Shown here: piece after piece, positions 50,939 through 64,000 of the stretch
Position numbering within the stretch: the stretch's first letter is position 1
How the letters are laid out: the number at the start of each line of letters is the position of its first letter
Source of the DNA: Octopus bimaculoides
Lineage: Eukaryota
Assembly: GCF_001194135.2 (NCBI RefSeq)
Contig: NC_068987.1
Location: forward strand, 65,173,369 to 65,237,368
Direction of reading: 5' to 3'
DNA length: 64,000 nt
The notes under the pieces: model-generated
What the model saw: the letters and a program-made list of their open reading frames with translations, nothing else
What the model was told of the DNA's origin: nothing
Database searches by the model: none
Made by a program: the position numbers and the translations under genes

Positions 50939-52753
50939 CACACACATGAAAGGAGTTTTACAGTTTTCATCAACTAGAATCCACTGACAAGTGGGTTAGT
51001 CAATTACAATTCTCTCAGTATTTGACTGGTACTTGATTTTATTGATCACAAAAGGATGAAAGGTAAAGATGACCTTGGTGGGATTTGAGCTCAAATTGTA
51101 AAGAGTCGGAAGAAATGCTGCTAAGCATTTTGTCTGGCATGCTAACAATTCTGCCAGTTTGTCCGCCACCAGAACTAAATACATAACAAAAGATGATGTC
51201 ACTAGATATGATGGTAATAAGTAGATAATGCTAAACATTTTGATGAAGTATTCAAACTGGTAATTTGTCATGAATAAAGAAACAAATTAACTGGTGCGAT
51301 ATAATGAACAAGGCATTACTAAAAACAGTGGTATTCCATTAGATTCACATACCATGAAAATTTGTCAGTTGAGAGAGAGAGAGAGGGGGGAGGGAGAGAG
51401 GGAAAGAGAGAGAGAGAGAATGACATTTCACATTCAGATGGATGTAATTTTTCTTTTCTCTTAATGGCAATGATATAGATGATGAGAATAATGATAATGA
51501 TAACTATTAAAATAAGAAGGATAATGATAGCAACAATAAGAAAGAAGATAAACACTATGGATGATGATGATACTGATGACCATAATACTACTATACTGTT
51601 ACAGTTGATGATGATGATGATAATAATAACAGAATAATGATTACAAAGCTGATGATTAAGATGACAATGATGATATAGGAATGACAATTTTGATGATAAT
51701 GATAACTACAATGATTATAATGATAATAAAAATTTGCCCTGATACAGTACTAGGCACTGGCTCTCATGGCTTCTGATCTTAACTGATTGGAAGTGTTGTC
51801 ATGTACATATTTTGTTTTGGTATAAAAGGAGGACTACGGTAAATGTTCAGCTCAATACCATGGATTTGCTTGTCAGATGCTTGACCTTAACCAGTTGAGC
51901 ATGTCACTTAGTGGCTGATGATATGCACATCTCTGATCATGAGCAGAAGTAGTGGGGGAGCATCAGAGCCATGTGTTGACAGGAATTCTTTGGGATCTGA
52001 ATAATTCACCTCTGGAAAGATGGGTGCTTCATTCATCATCCTTAAACAACCTTATACAGGGATCTTTTGAGTTGGATGGGCTACTCAACCTGCATAAAAT
52101 TCTAACTGGGCTCCAGCTGCAAAGTCATGTGCTGTTTATCTTGATAAGAGATCAGCTGGCTCTACCTCAATGCCATAGCAACTGAGGCAGGCAGGTGCAG
52201 CCCACCCCAACCTTTGGGTTGGTTGGCTGGTGCCCATTCTCCTTTGCTATCATGAAGCTTTTTTTGGAGCTGGATTTTCTACAGGGAGCATGCCCTTGCT
52301 TACCCCTAACCTGTTTCTAGATATGAGTGGTCTTGAGACCAAGGCTTCTACCACAACTTTTAAGAAATGTGGTGGAAAACTAGCTCAGGAAGGCAGGGAC
52401 ACTACTCCCTGAGACCCTTTTCGGAGCCCCACTATATCCTGATTGCAGGACATAATTCTTTTATTGTTCCATTTCATCAACATTGTTTTGATGTGTCATG
52501 ACACATTTTATGCCCGGTAGATTGCTCTGGCAGTAACTTTCCCAAGATGTCAAATTAATTTTGGTGCAAGGTCAGCAATTTCAAGGGAGCAAGTAAGTTG
52601 ATTACATTGACCCCCAGTATTCAACCCAAAAGGACAAAAGGCAAAGTTGACCCTCGAGGCATTTGACCTCAGAACATAAAGATGGATGAAATGTTGCAAA
52701 GCATTTTGCCTGGCAGCATGCTAATGATTCTGCCAACTTGCTGTCTTGATAAC

Positions 52754-52789
<36 letters not shown>

Positions 52790-55700
52790 CCTTTCTACTC
52801 GAGGCACAAGGCCTGAAATTTGGTGGGAGGGGGCTAGTCAGTTATAATCCCAGTACTTGATTGATACATCTGACCCAGTAAGGATGAAAGGCAAAATCAG
52901 CTTTGGTGGATAAGCCTTTTTGCTATAGTCTCAAGGCTTGAAATTCTGTGGAAGCAGAGCAAGTTGATTACACCAACTCCAGTACTCAACTGCTACTTAT
53001 TTAATTGACCCTGAAAGGATGAAAGGCAAAGTCAGTGCCAATTACATTTAGATGAAATGCCATTAATTAACAACAATTATATCTCTGTAGTATTGTTGCT
53101 ATTTTTTAGTCCCTGATTAGCTTTGGCTGAGCAGACTTACAACCAAAGGCATTTCAACCATAACAATCCTGTCTTTATATGTTATTTTCTTTTGGCAGCT
53201 ATAGTGCATCTAGGACCACATCATCTGATGTGTCTGTTCCTTTATTTCTGTAAGACAGAGGGGCGTAAGTTGAGGGTGATTTGACTGCTATTTTTAGCAA
53301 GTTGAGTGATCACATAAATGCACACTTCTTTGATAAAAAAAAAATTTGACATATCACAGGTTAAAGTTGATATGTCAGGATTATCAACAAACTTAATGAA
53401 ATATGAGAGTGATGGAGAGGTTGTTGGTGTTGTTTACCCTTCCCCACACTGCCATCAACCCCAATCATGCAGGCCTAAAATGAAAAGCATTTCAGCTATG
53501 AGCATCATGTCTTTTTCTTAGCGTAATGCACCTAGGACTATATTATTTGGTGTATTTTCTTTTCTAAGAAGGTAGGATGTGATCTGAAGATGTGGCTGCT
53601 ATTTCTTCCAGGTCAAGCAGCCACATAAAGGCTCCCTTGCTGATATGGAATGTTGATGATTGTAATGATGGTGATCATGCTGTTGATAATAACGATGATG
53701 ATGATAATAAGCCTAGGCAAGTATTTAGCTTCACTTGAAAAGTATTCTTCAACTTTATAACATTTATTTGTAGCCTATCAACAGCCGAGTTTTTGAAAAT
53801 TCTAAGAAGAAACCCTACTTTATTTTTGTTTGGACTATAATGAAAAAAATGTCTTTCTCCTTAACTTTTCAGTTAGTCTGCCACTGTTTTATGTCAAAGA
53901 TAAATATTCAATGAGAAGGGAAAAAAAAGAAAAAGTTGGTATTAAGAAATGAAAAGCAACAATAAATAATGATGATGACAACAGGCTAAAGATTTGAGAT
54001 AAACCTATGTGTATATATATATATATATACATGTCACATCTTCTTTAAGAAAGATTAAAATTAAAAAAAAAACAACTGCAAAAGCTGATGTTTTAAAACA
54101 GAAACCTTCATATTTCTAGAATGCTTTTTAAGAAACTGAATAAAAAATGCTGAAAAACAGTTAAACTTACAGGTGTAAGCATGCCTCTAGTCAATCCTTG
54201 TCTACTTTTCACAGGCCCCCACCAACAACAACAATGATGGAAAGAGGTCAGTTAGAGAAGGGGGCAGTCAAGCAGATTTTCAGAAACATGTATTCAAATC
54301 ATGCGAGGGTATACAATGTACCTTTTTCCTTACTCCCTCTCACTCACCTCTCAGCCTTCCAGTTGCCAACACAAAAGCCTTAATTCTGTGTAACAGGGTG
54401 TATAGGTGGTAATGGGGGTGTATAGTGATGTTGAAGGGAAAGATACAGGTAGGCAGGTATGTTAGTAGATAGGTAGGTATGTACACCAATTGTTAACCAG
54501 CAGGCCTTGCATGGAATAACCCCACCATCAACACCAACGTCCATAGAAGATGAGGATTATAAAGAGGGTGGGTAGTAAGGCTGATATGTACATGTGTGTA
54601 TATGTAGTGTGTAAATGAAAAGAATGTATTTTGAGTATATAAATACGATTAGATATAAGTGTATGATGATGATGCATGTACGTGTATATGTGCATGTATA
54701 TATGTGTGAGTGTATGTGTATAAGTTTGAGGTGTTTATATCTGTATATAGACGTGTACTTGTATGTAGTAATGCATTATGATGTAGGTATGCATACGATG
54801 ATGACAAAGATGACAATGAAGATGATAATGTATATATGTAACCCGCATTATAAAGTGTTTAAAAATAATAAGAACAGCCACGTGTTTGTTGAAGAAAATG
54901 AAGACTAATAATATAAATATATATGGCCTACCTTTTGTAATGAATGTTTTTACCTTGAGTTTGTATATTCCAACACACACACACAAAGAGTATAAACCCA
55001 ATTAGCGCTGTTGATTTATTCTGTGGAAATGCCATACTAATTGACCATTAGTGTGTGCATGAATGACAGCTCAAATGAGCTGAGAGAAAATCTGTATACA
55101 AGAGGAATCAGATTTAGTGTGCAACAAAGAAGGCTAAGCTGTTATGGACATGTATATGTACATAGAGGATAAGAGTTGAGTAAAGAAGTACCAAGTGATC
55201 TTAGTGGTATAGGAATCTGAAAAAAAAAAAGATCAAGGAATGTATACAGGAAGAAGAGGTGAAAGTTGATTTCAAGTGGTTGACCTTCACAACAGAAGGC
55301 ATATGGCTCAATGGCTGGTGTATTTGGCTCACAACGGTAAGGTCACAAGTTTGATTCCCGGTGGTGCATTGAATCCTTGAGCAAGATACTATTTCATGTT
55401 GCTCCAGTTCACTCAGCTGGCAAAAAAAAAAAGAATGAGTTTTATCTGTAGTTCAATGAACCAGCCTTGTCACATTTGGCATGACACGCTGAATCTCCCT
55501 GAAAACTGCATTAAGGATATGCATGTCTGTGAAATACTCAGCCACTTGCATGTTATTTTCATGAGCAGGCTGTTCTGTTGGTTGGGTCAACTGGAACACT
55601 TGTCATCATAAGTGATGGAGTGCTCAGACTGTCTCCTCTTTTAACATTCTCTGACAAGTTGTAGTGCACCTGCCCAATGTATACAATAAACTTATTATTA

Positions 55701-55954
55701 TTATTATATTGTAGTATAAAGTGTTTGAATGTGGTGTAGCTAGTTGTTTAAAATTCAAAATTTTTATCCAACAGCCTATATGTATGTTTATAGAATATTC
55801 AAACCGATCGATGCAAATGTCTTAGAAATCTGCACTCCCTTAAGTACGGTTACTTGTCTTAGCATTTGATTACAAGGATATGCCTGAGATTGGATGTCCA
55901 CACCAACTCTCTGGGTTAAGTCTTCTTGTTTATCTAGAGCATAATGGTAAATTA

Positions 55955-56762
55955 TATTGGGTCATCCCATAAATAATGCAGTTTTTTTAATTGCATGAAC
56001 TAAAAGTTGGAAGGGGGCAGAATAAACCACTTGCATCAACCTGTTATAAAAGCAGGTAGTAATTTTACTTTGTCCTTATTCTTAGTGCAAGTTTTGAAGA
56101 GTGCAGTTCGATTTTAACAATTATTTTTTCAAAGCTATAATAGAAGTGACAAAGGAGCATATTCAACATATTTTGCTTTATGAGTTCAATAAAGGCAACA
56201 ATACAATGGAAAGTGTGAGGAATATTAATGCTGTATATGGGGATTGGACAATAAGTGTAAGCCAGTGTCAAAGGTGGTTCCAGAAATTCTGAGCTGGAAA
56301 CTACAGCCTAGAAGACGGGACTCATCCTGGAAGATCTGTAGAGCTCAACAAGGACATCCTGCAAACCCTGGTGGAACAAAATCCTATCATAACTGTTGAG
56401 GAACTAGCAGAGAAGCTTGGATTTGGGCTTCAACCACTCATCAACCATTCATCAACACCTGCATGCCATCGGAAAAGTCAGTAAACTGGGGCAGTGGGTT
56501 CCTCACAAACTTTCCAAGTCTAACTGCATGTGGGGAGTGAATGTGTGCTCTTCTTTGCTGCCATATCTCACGAATGAACCTTTTTTGGACTGAATAGTGA
56601 CTAGTGATGAGAAATGGGTTCTCTATAAAAATGTCAAGTGCTGAAGACAGGGGGTAAGGAAAGAAGAAACACCAGCACCCCAGGTTAAAGATCTTCACCC
56701 ATGTAAGGTGTTGTTATCTGTTTGGTGGGATATGAAAGGTTAAGTCCACTTTGAACTTTTTG
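55955..56762 (+). mobile_element. Mariner transposon fossil (5' TIR plus N-terminal two-thirds of transposase)
   Basis: TA + ttgggtcatcccataaataatgc TIR; KEHIQHILLYEFNKG..QCQRWFQKF*AGNYSLED..HPGR..QWVPHKL..IVTSDEKWVLY..LHPCKVLLSVWWD; stops and frameshifts; 3' truncated. Confidence 0.92.
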
Positions 56763-57590
56763 CAACTCAACTACCCCAGCTAACATGTTTTCCACATTTT
56801 ACGATTTTCATAAGTTTGCACAAGATTTTTGTTTCTTTTTTGTTGAGTTATTTAATTTTCCATGTAAATTAGTAGTTCAAACTCTCTGTATGTTTTTTTT
56901 TTCACTCCACATAAATTTTTTTTTTTCCGTATCTCCACTGTTGTAAAGTGGGTTCCTCCCACTGTGTGATGTGTGACTGCTGTTGTATCGTAGTTGCTGT
57001 TTTACGCTAGTAGCCACAATAATTACTAGTCATTGGATACTGTTGTATCTCTTCATACTGGTATGTTAATACATTAACTTCTTCTGTCTTACTATCGCTG
57101 ATAGCTCAACAAGACACCGACTACAACTGTCAATTCTCGACCCTCTCTTGACAACTGGCTACTGGTCTATTTATAATGGTTGTATTCTTCCACTTTTTAC
57201 TGGGAGGGGTATACAGTTTCACTATACAACAATTATACAAGTGAAAACTAGTAATGGTTATTAAGATAAAGCAAGATCTCATCAGGCACAAGGATGTCAT
57301 TAACTTGCAATGTATCCCTCTTCAGCTGAGTGTTCCTAATCTTGCAGGCTTGTGGGTGCTGGTGCCATGTAAAACGTACCTTTACTGGTGCCATGTAAAA
57401 GCACCTGTGCTGGTGCTGTGTAAAAGTACTCACTATATTCTGTAAAGTGGTTGACATTCAGAAGGGCATCCAGCTGTAGAAACCATGCCAAAACAGACAT
57501 GAAGCCCAAGCAGCTGACCAGCTCTTGTCAAGCTGTCCAGCCCATGCCAACATGGAAAACAAATGTTAAACAATGCTGATGATGATGATG

Positions 57591-58614
57591 TATTAGGTTG
57601 TTTCACATGAAATGTAGTATTTGAAAAGTAACAATAAAATGTTTCAGAACTGTTAGAAAACTGATTTATTTAATCAAAGTATGATCCATGTTAATTTATG
57701 ACATTTATGCAACATTTCTTTATGTCATATATTCCATCTTTAAAAATAAATTAATCTTTTGCTGTGATAAACTGTCTGAATGCTTCAATTACCTCTTCTC
57801 TATTTAAGAATGTGTCATTGCTTATGAAAAGCTCAAAATGCTTAAATAAGTGATTGGTAGTAGGAGAGGTATCAGGAGAATAGGGAGGATATTGCAAAAT
57901 CTCATAATTCAGGCTTTGCAACTTTTAAACTGTAGCTTGAGGAATGTGAGGATATGTATTGTCATGGAGCAAAATTAGGCCATCTCTACTCACTAGTCTG
58001 GGTTGCTTCTTTTTCAAATTCTCATGCATACAATCAATTTCCTGGCAGCACGATGTTGCTGTTACCATTTTTCCTTGTTTCAAAAATGAATAATGAATAA
58101 CTCCCTTCACAGACCACCATAGAGTGGCCACTAACTTTTTAGGGTGCAATGATGGGTATGGGTAGTGTTTAGGTGACTTGCCTCCATCTAATCACTGTGT
58201 TGTTCTGCTGCTGTCAAAGCGTATCCATTTCTCATCACAAATAATGATTTGATGCAAAAATGGTCTTTTTCCAGTTTAGAAAGCAATAAGGAGCACATTT
58301 CGGGGCATCTGTTTTCTTGAATCTTGTTCAGTTGATGTGGAACAAACCTATCTGTTTTCTTGACTTCATCAATTTTTTTACAGGTGTCCAAAAACAGTTG
58401 TGTGAGATGTTTGGAGTTCTGATGAAAGTTTTTGAACATTTGTTCTTGGATTTTGTTCAACCAAAGCATTTAATCCATCATGCCAAATAACTGATTTTGG
58501 CCTACCCCTTGGTTTATTTTCAAGGCTATCATCTCATGAATGAGAGCTTTGGAACCATCTATGAACAGTTCTGATGTCAACAAAGTCATTACCAAAGGTC
58601 CACTTGATATTCTG
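57591..58614 (-). mobile_element. Second mariner fossil (different subfamily; 3' TIR present, 5' end lost)
   Basis: RTVHRWFQ..GRPKS..LVEQNPRT..FVPHQL..IIICDEKWI..HPKKLVATLWWSVKGVIHY..LLHDNTYPH..PPYSPDTSPTTNHLFKH; TIR-like tattaggttgtttcacatgaaatg at 57591. Confidence 0.92.
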
Positions 58615-61600
58615 TAAGTTATTTTATTAAATCCCTTTAAAGTAATTGAAAGAAATACAGAGCATCTCAAAATAAATACAGTAACAAAAGGGTTAAGCAA
58701 GTTTAAAGTGATTTCTTTTGAGCCACATATCATTTACCATTTCTGTGGTGCCCCTTTCCCTTGATGCCCTAAGCTTATTTTGCTTCATGGTTAATCTAGC
58801 ACTGACTGCTTGTATAATATCGGTTTCAAATTTTAGCACACGGCCTGGAATTTTGCAGGAGGGTAAATCGTTTACATCAACCCCAGTGTTCAACTGGTTC
58901 TTAATTCATCAACCCTGAAAGGATGAAAGACAAAGTCGACCTCAGAATGTAAAGATGAACAAAATACCATTTAAGCATTTTGCCCAGCATTCTTAATTAT
59001 TCTGTTTGCTCACCACCTTAAACTACCTGTGTAATATTGACTCACATTTGCAACTGCCATGCAATGTCTAGATGAGGAGGTACACACACATACATAGCAA
59101 ACTGAGGAAAATAACTAATGCCCATAGTCTTCACAGGTTCCTTAAACTTGTGAGACTGATGCAGCTTGACTGAATTTCTGTTAGTTGATGTCTCTAGGGA
59201 GAATATGAGAATGTAGGAGTTTCTGGGAAAGAGATAGAGTATGAAATGTTTAATGTGGGCTTTAGTAGAGAAGTTGTAATAGGCATAACATGATGAAGAA
59301 TGTTTATGTGAATTAGTGAGAGAGAGGATGCAGAATGTCATTTGGCTAGAAGTTGCAGTGGGCTGACCAACCAATAGGGCGACTCTCTTTTGAATGCAGT
59401 TAAACAAAAGAATGTTGTTTAGTCGTTAGTTGTGATCAAACAGACTTGTGATCAAAATCATTCCAACCAGGACTATCCCATCCTTTTATAAAACAGAGAC
59501 TAAATTATTCAAGATATCTTTCATTCGAGAAATTAGGATGTGATTTGAAGGAGCTTTAATTGCTATTTGTAGCTGTTTATGTACCTGCATAGAATCTCCA
59601 ACAACTGCTAGTAATAGCTCAGTTAGGTTCATAAGCAGAGAAGAGTAGTTTGGTAATCATAAGAAATGTTGTGTGCGTAGTAAATACTGTTTCAGGTCAG
59701 GTCTCTAGCGTTTTTTTTACACGTGTATCTTGTAAAGAATCAGCAACTGCTCAGATCTGAAGAATTGCCTGGTTCTGCAGTAACTGGCTATGTTGTAGAT
59801 ATGTAGTTTGTTGTTTTATCACTATAGCAACTAATGTGGCCAGTAAGTTGTTATACACACTTGCATTAGAAAAAAAAAACAAGAACAAAAAAAAAAAACA
59901 AACCCTGACTGGGATCTTAAAATCTCAGACAAATAATAGTAATTGTAAATTCAAATAATTAAACAAAAAATTCTTATATTTCAATGAGGAAAAGAAAAAT
60001 TCTATAAATACTATTTAACATTACATATAACCATGGAGTGTAAAAATCCACTCTGGAACTAGATGTCAAGTGGCTTCTACCGCAACCTTGAGACAACTAA
60101 TGCCTTGTGAATGGGAATTGATTATTGGAAGTTAGATGGATAAATATATCATCATTGATTAATGTTTGCTTTTCCATGCTTGCATGGATCAGACAGAATT
60201 TGTTTAAGAAGATTTAAGAAGATTTTCTATGGGCAGATACTCTTCTTGTTCTGAACACTCACCCATTTTTGAGTAAGGTAATATTTTCCCCAAAGCCAGA
60301 CCCATTTTCATGGCAGACTGGAGGCAAACAGTGTAGCTGGTATGACAATGCTCATTCACAATCATCACATGATGTCAAAATAAGGGTAAATACACACACA
60401 CATACAAATACACATGCAAATAAATATACACACTTAGGGTTTCTTTCAATTGTCATTTATCCAATCCGGTGACAAGCATTTGTTTGGCTTGAGTCTATAG
60501 TGGGAGATGTTTGCTTAAGGTGCTGCAGAGTAAGACTCAATACAAAACCAAGTGGTTTACATACATTATCCATAACACAGATGGGAATTCATTTTGGAGC
60601 CTTTTGTTGACTCCATAACGAATTCCTTTCCATTCTACATGGTCATGTTCCACTGAACTGATAACTCCAGAATCATATATATATATATATTATTAAGGTG
60701 GCTTATTTGCAATTTACAACCAAACTGCACAAGTATAGACGTCACTAAAGCGACAGAGGGTGCTAGTCAGCACCAGCATTGCTAGAAATAAGAGTTAGAG
60801 CAACTCTTAGCCATAGGGAAGCACTTATCTAATGACTGACAAAGGAGACAAGCTCCCTATAGCAAGTGAGGTAGAGCCAGATCACCAATTGATGATTTCA
60901 GATTTGATTAATCCTCATATCCTATATATTTGAAAATAATATGTATTCTTGTTTTTTATATTATTCATTTGGTTCTTTATAGATTATTTTTAATAGATAA
61001 CTTATTTAACACTAAATTATTTAGAAGTTATAGTTTCGTTTCAACATAATATTAGAACTTCGATTTGAATAGTGTTGATATATTTTCGATTATCTTTGAT
61101 TAATAATATTTGATTAATAATTAATCTTTATAGTTTATAATATCGTTAAAGGTTTTTTTAAAAATTANNNNNNNNNNNNNNNNNNNNNNNNNNNNNNNNN
61201 NNNNNNNNNNNNNNNNNNNNNNNNNNNNNNNNNNNNNNNNNNNNNNNNNNNNNNNNNNNNNNNNNNNNNNNNNNNNNNNNNNNNNNNNNNNNNNNNNNNN
61301 NNNNNNNNNNNNNNNNNNNNNNNNNNNNNNNNNNNNNNNNNNNNNNNNNNNNNNNNNNNNNNNNNNNNNNNNNNNNNNNNNNAATAATTTTTCTATCTTT
61401 ATATAATAAGTATTTCATATTAATTCATTTGGTACTTATTGTTGGTTGAGATATGTATATCTAATTATTGTTCTACTTACGATCTGACGAGTAGCTATAT
61501 TTTCTAATAGAATTTATTTTCGATAATTTCAATTGATTTTAATCGATTTAAATTTCTTTTCTATTTGAAAATGAGTTATGAAACACGTGTAATCTTTTTA

Positions 61601-61809
61601 TTATATTTATCTTATGATATTTACTTTACTTTATATTATACTCATTTATTGTGCTTTTAATTATTAATTTTTCTATATGTGATAGTGGATTTTCATCGAT
61701 GAGTTCTTGAAACTTGGTTATTTTTCCCTAAAACTATGTATTTTATCTATAAAGCTCAATTTAATTTTAATCTTTTTTTACCTGTAATTTTGGATTTTGT
61801 CCCTAATAT

Positions 61810-61850
<41 letters not shown>

Positions 61851-63334
61851 TATCATTTGGGGTAGATTAAGTACCAGTTAAACACTGGGGTCGATGTAAT
61901 CAATTAGTCCCCTCCCCCAAAATCTCAGGCTTTGTATAGAAAGGATTATTATTATTATTATTCAGACAATGAGCAGGCAGAATCGTTAGCATGCTGGGCA
62001 AACTGCTTAGCAGCTTTTTGCCTGTCTTTGCATTTGGAGTACAAATGCGCCAAGGTCCCTTTCACCCTTTTGGGGGTTGATAAAAAAAGTACAGTTGAGT
62101 ACTGATGTTGATGTAATTGACTTAGCCAATTCCCCCGAAATTGCTGGCCTTGTGCCAAATTTGGAAACCATAATTATCATTAAGGCAACGTGCTGGTTGA
62201 ATTGTTGGCATGCTTAGTGACATTTCATCCATCTTTACACTCTGAGTTCACATTCTGCCAGGGTCGACTTGCCTTTCATCCTTTTGGGGTCAATAAAATA
62301 AGTACGAGTTGAGTATTGGGGTCGATGTAATCGACTATCCCCCAACAAAAAAAATTTCAGGCCTAGTAGGAAGTGTTATTCCATATAAATTCAATTTTCT
62401 TTATTTTATGTTTCCTAAAACATAATCCTTAAAAATTCAATTTTACATTATATTATTATATATCACTAACCAAATTATTTCTTATCTTTCTTTTAAAGAA
62501 ATATTCTGGAAGACAATGGAACTGAAAATATTGCTGTTTTTAATCTCTAATCTGTTCTAGTTGTTTAGTCCCATATCAGACCTGATTGAGTTGGCTTCTG
62601 ATCAAAGGCATTGTAAAATCCTGTTTAATGGGGATGGTAAGGGGTCAGTGTGGTGCAAATTTTTCAGTGGCAAGGTGCAGGAATAAGGTTTCAGTTTCCA
62701 GTCAGAACTGCTCTTCTAACAACTTACAATTAATTTTTATTTGACAAAAATAACAACGTTATCTCTGCACATGCAGTTATATATGTGGGTGTGAAGGTGT
62801 GGATGTTTTTGAGTTTGTACCGTGTGGTGCGTACCAAACAGCAAAAGTATTGTGAAGAATCGCCTAAAGAAGATTTAACAATAATTATAAAAAGAAATAA
62901 AATAATAATTCAAAATAATTAAGCAAATGAATGAATAAAGTCGTAATTCGAATTGAAATCACCGTCAAAGAATTTTGGAACTTAGTTCCAAATTGAGCGC
63001 GAATATTTTATGCTACAATATTCGAAAAAATGTCAAAACGTAAAATATAAAAATTTTGCTAAAAAAATGAATTAATGAATTAAATATTGTACGTTAATGC
63101 AGTCAATAGAATCTCCTTCAAGAATAAGAATATTGAGACTGTTTGGCAACAGTTTCAAAAAGTTACTGCCCCTCTCCTCCCCAAAACACTTTACCAAAAT
63201 AATTCTTCGCCATTTCCACAGACATTGTCAGCAGACTATATCTTGGAGAGGAAAATATCGAGGGTGGCGAAAGGATAGAGAGGAAAGAATTCAAAGTGAA
63301 TTGAAGAAATGAATGGAATCTATCGTTTGGTTAC

Positions 63335-63720
63335 CTTTTTAAGTGTGTTTTGAGTCGTCATGGTATATCTGTGTGGAACTGCTAATAAACAAACTGTCAT
63401 TGTTACATTAACGACGCCGTTACCACGTTAACGATAAACAATGTGTACGACATTATATAGCTGCTTCCTGTTTTGTAAATTACAATATTTTTGTTAATTT
63501 AAAATGAAATGTAGTTAGTTTTATTACGAAACACATATTAACACCGATGTAGAAAAGAATCAATGTCTCCAAATAAAAAGGAAATATCTTTAATAACGAA
63601 AATTGGCGAGTGCGGCGGACGCATAAGCAGAATAAACTTCCGGAATTCCGAGTTCAAAACCCGGATTTGATACCCGGTTAGGGTTATTTCTTGTGTTAAG
63701 ATCGCACAAAAATAAACCTA
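63335..63720 (-). promoter_or_regulatory. DZIP1: Candidate DZIP1 promoter / non-coding exon 1
   Basis: Many retained CpGs in an otherwise CpG-depleted locus. ETS-type CCGGAAGT (minus strand) at 63636-63643; X-box-like GTTACCACGTTAAC at 63419-63432; minus-strand donor AAG|gtaacc at 63335/63334. Coding exon 1 begins with an acceptor, so an upstream exon is required. Confidence 0.5.
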
Positions 63721-63964
63721 AGTCGCTAAATGAGCTTCTCTAAAACTTCTCTACTTCTTATTTTTCTAATTTAAACTTTTGTGTATATGTAACATATCAA
63801 TATNNNNNNNNNNNNNNNNNNNNNNNNNNNNNNNNNNNNNNNNNNNNNNNNNNNNNNNNNNNNNNNNNNNNNNNNNNNNNNNNNNNNNNNNNNNNNNNNN
63901 NNNNNNNNNNNNNNNNNNNNNNNNNNNNNNNNNNNNNNNNNNNNNNNNNNNNNNNNNNNNNNNN

Positions 63965-64000
<36 letters not shown>

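Noticed and set aside
60836-60856. CUGACAA-A-GGAG-ACAAG-CUCC, hammerhead 5' half
   Set aside because: No GAAA, stem III or cleavage triplet follows; too incomplete to call.

Overview
AT-rich, repeat-dense animal nuclear DNA with three N gaps (44958-45271, 61168-61382, 63804-63963). The SINE/LINE/microsatellite landscape looks like an Octopus-type cephalopod genome (inference, not database-checked). One protein-coding gene spans most of the window on the minus strand: a DZIP1/DZIP1L (iguana) ciliary basal-body/transition-zone gene. I reconstructed 20 coding exons by hand from 49972 down to about 9098, all GT-AG and phase-consistent, giving about 902 aa with a Dzip-like N-terminal domain, one C2H2 finger, coiled coils, a poly-Glu tract and a Ser-rich tail. 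The last exon is tentative. A CpG-retaining candidate promoter/first exon with an ETS site and an RFX X-box-like motif lies near 63.3-63.7 kb. Introns contain tRNA-derived SINEs, RTE and R4/Dong LINE remnants, a Penelope GIY-YIG fragment, two mariner fossils, piggyBac-like and foldback MITEs, and minisatellites. I found no convincing new multi-gene system. The most interesting items are alternative-splicing candidates in DZIP1, near-perfect hairpins, decayed Penelope-type hammerhead ribozymes, an open but probably nuclease-dead GIY-YIG ORF, a twin-priming-like inverted RTE insertion, and an odd ND5-like AT-rich segment at a gap. Most ORFs in the supplied track are spurious.
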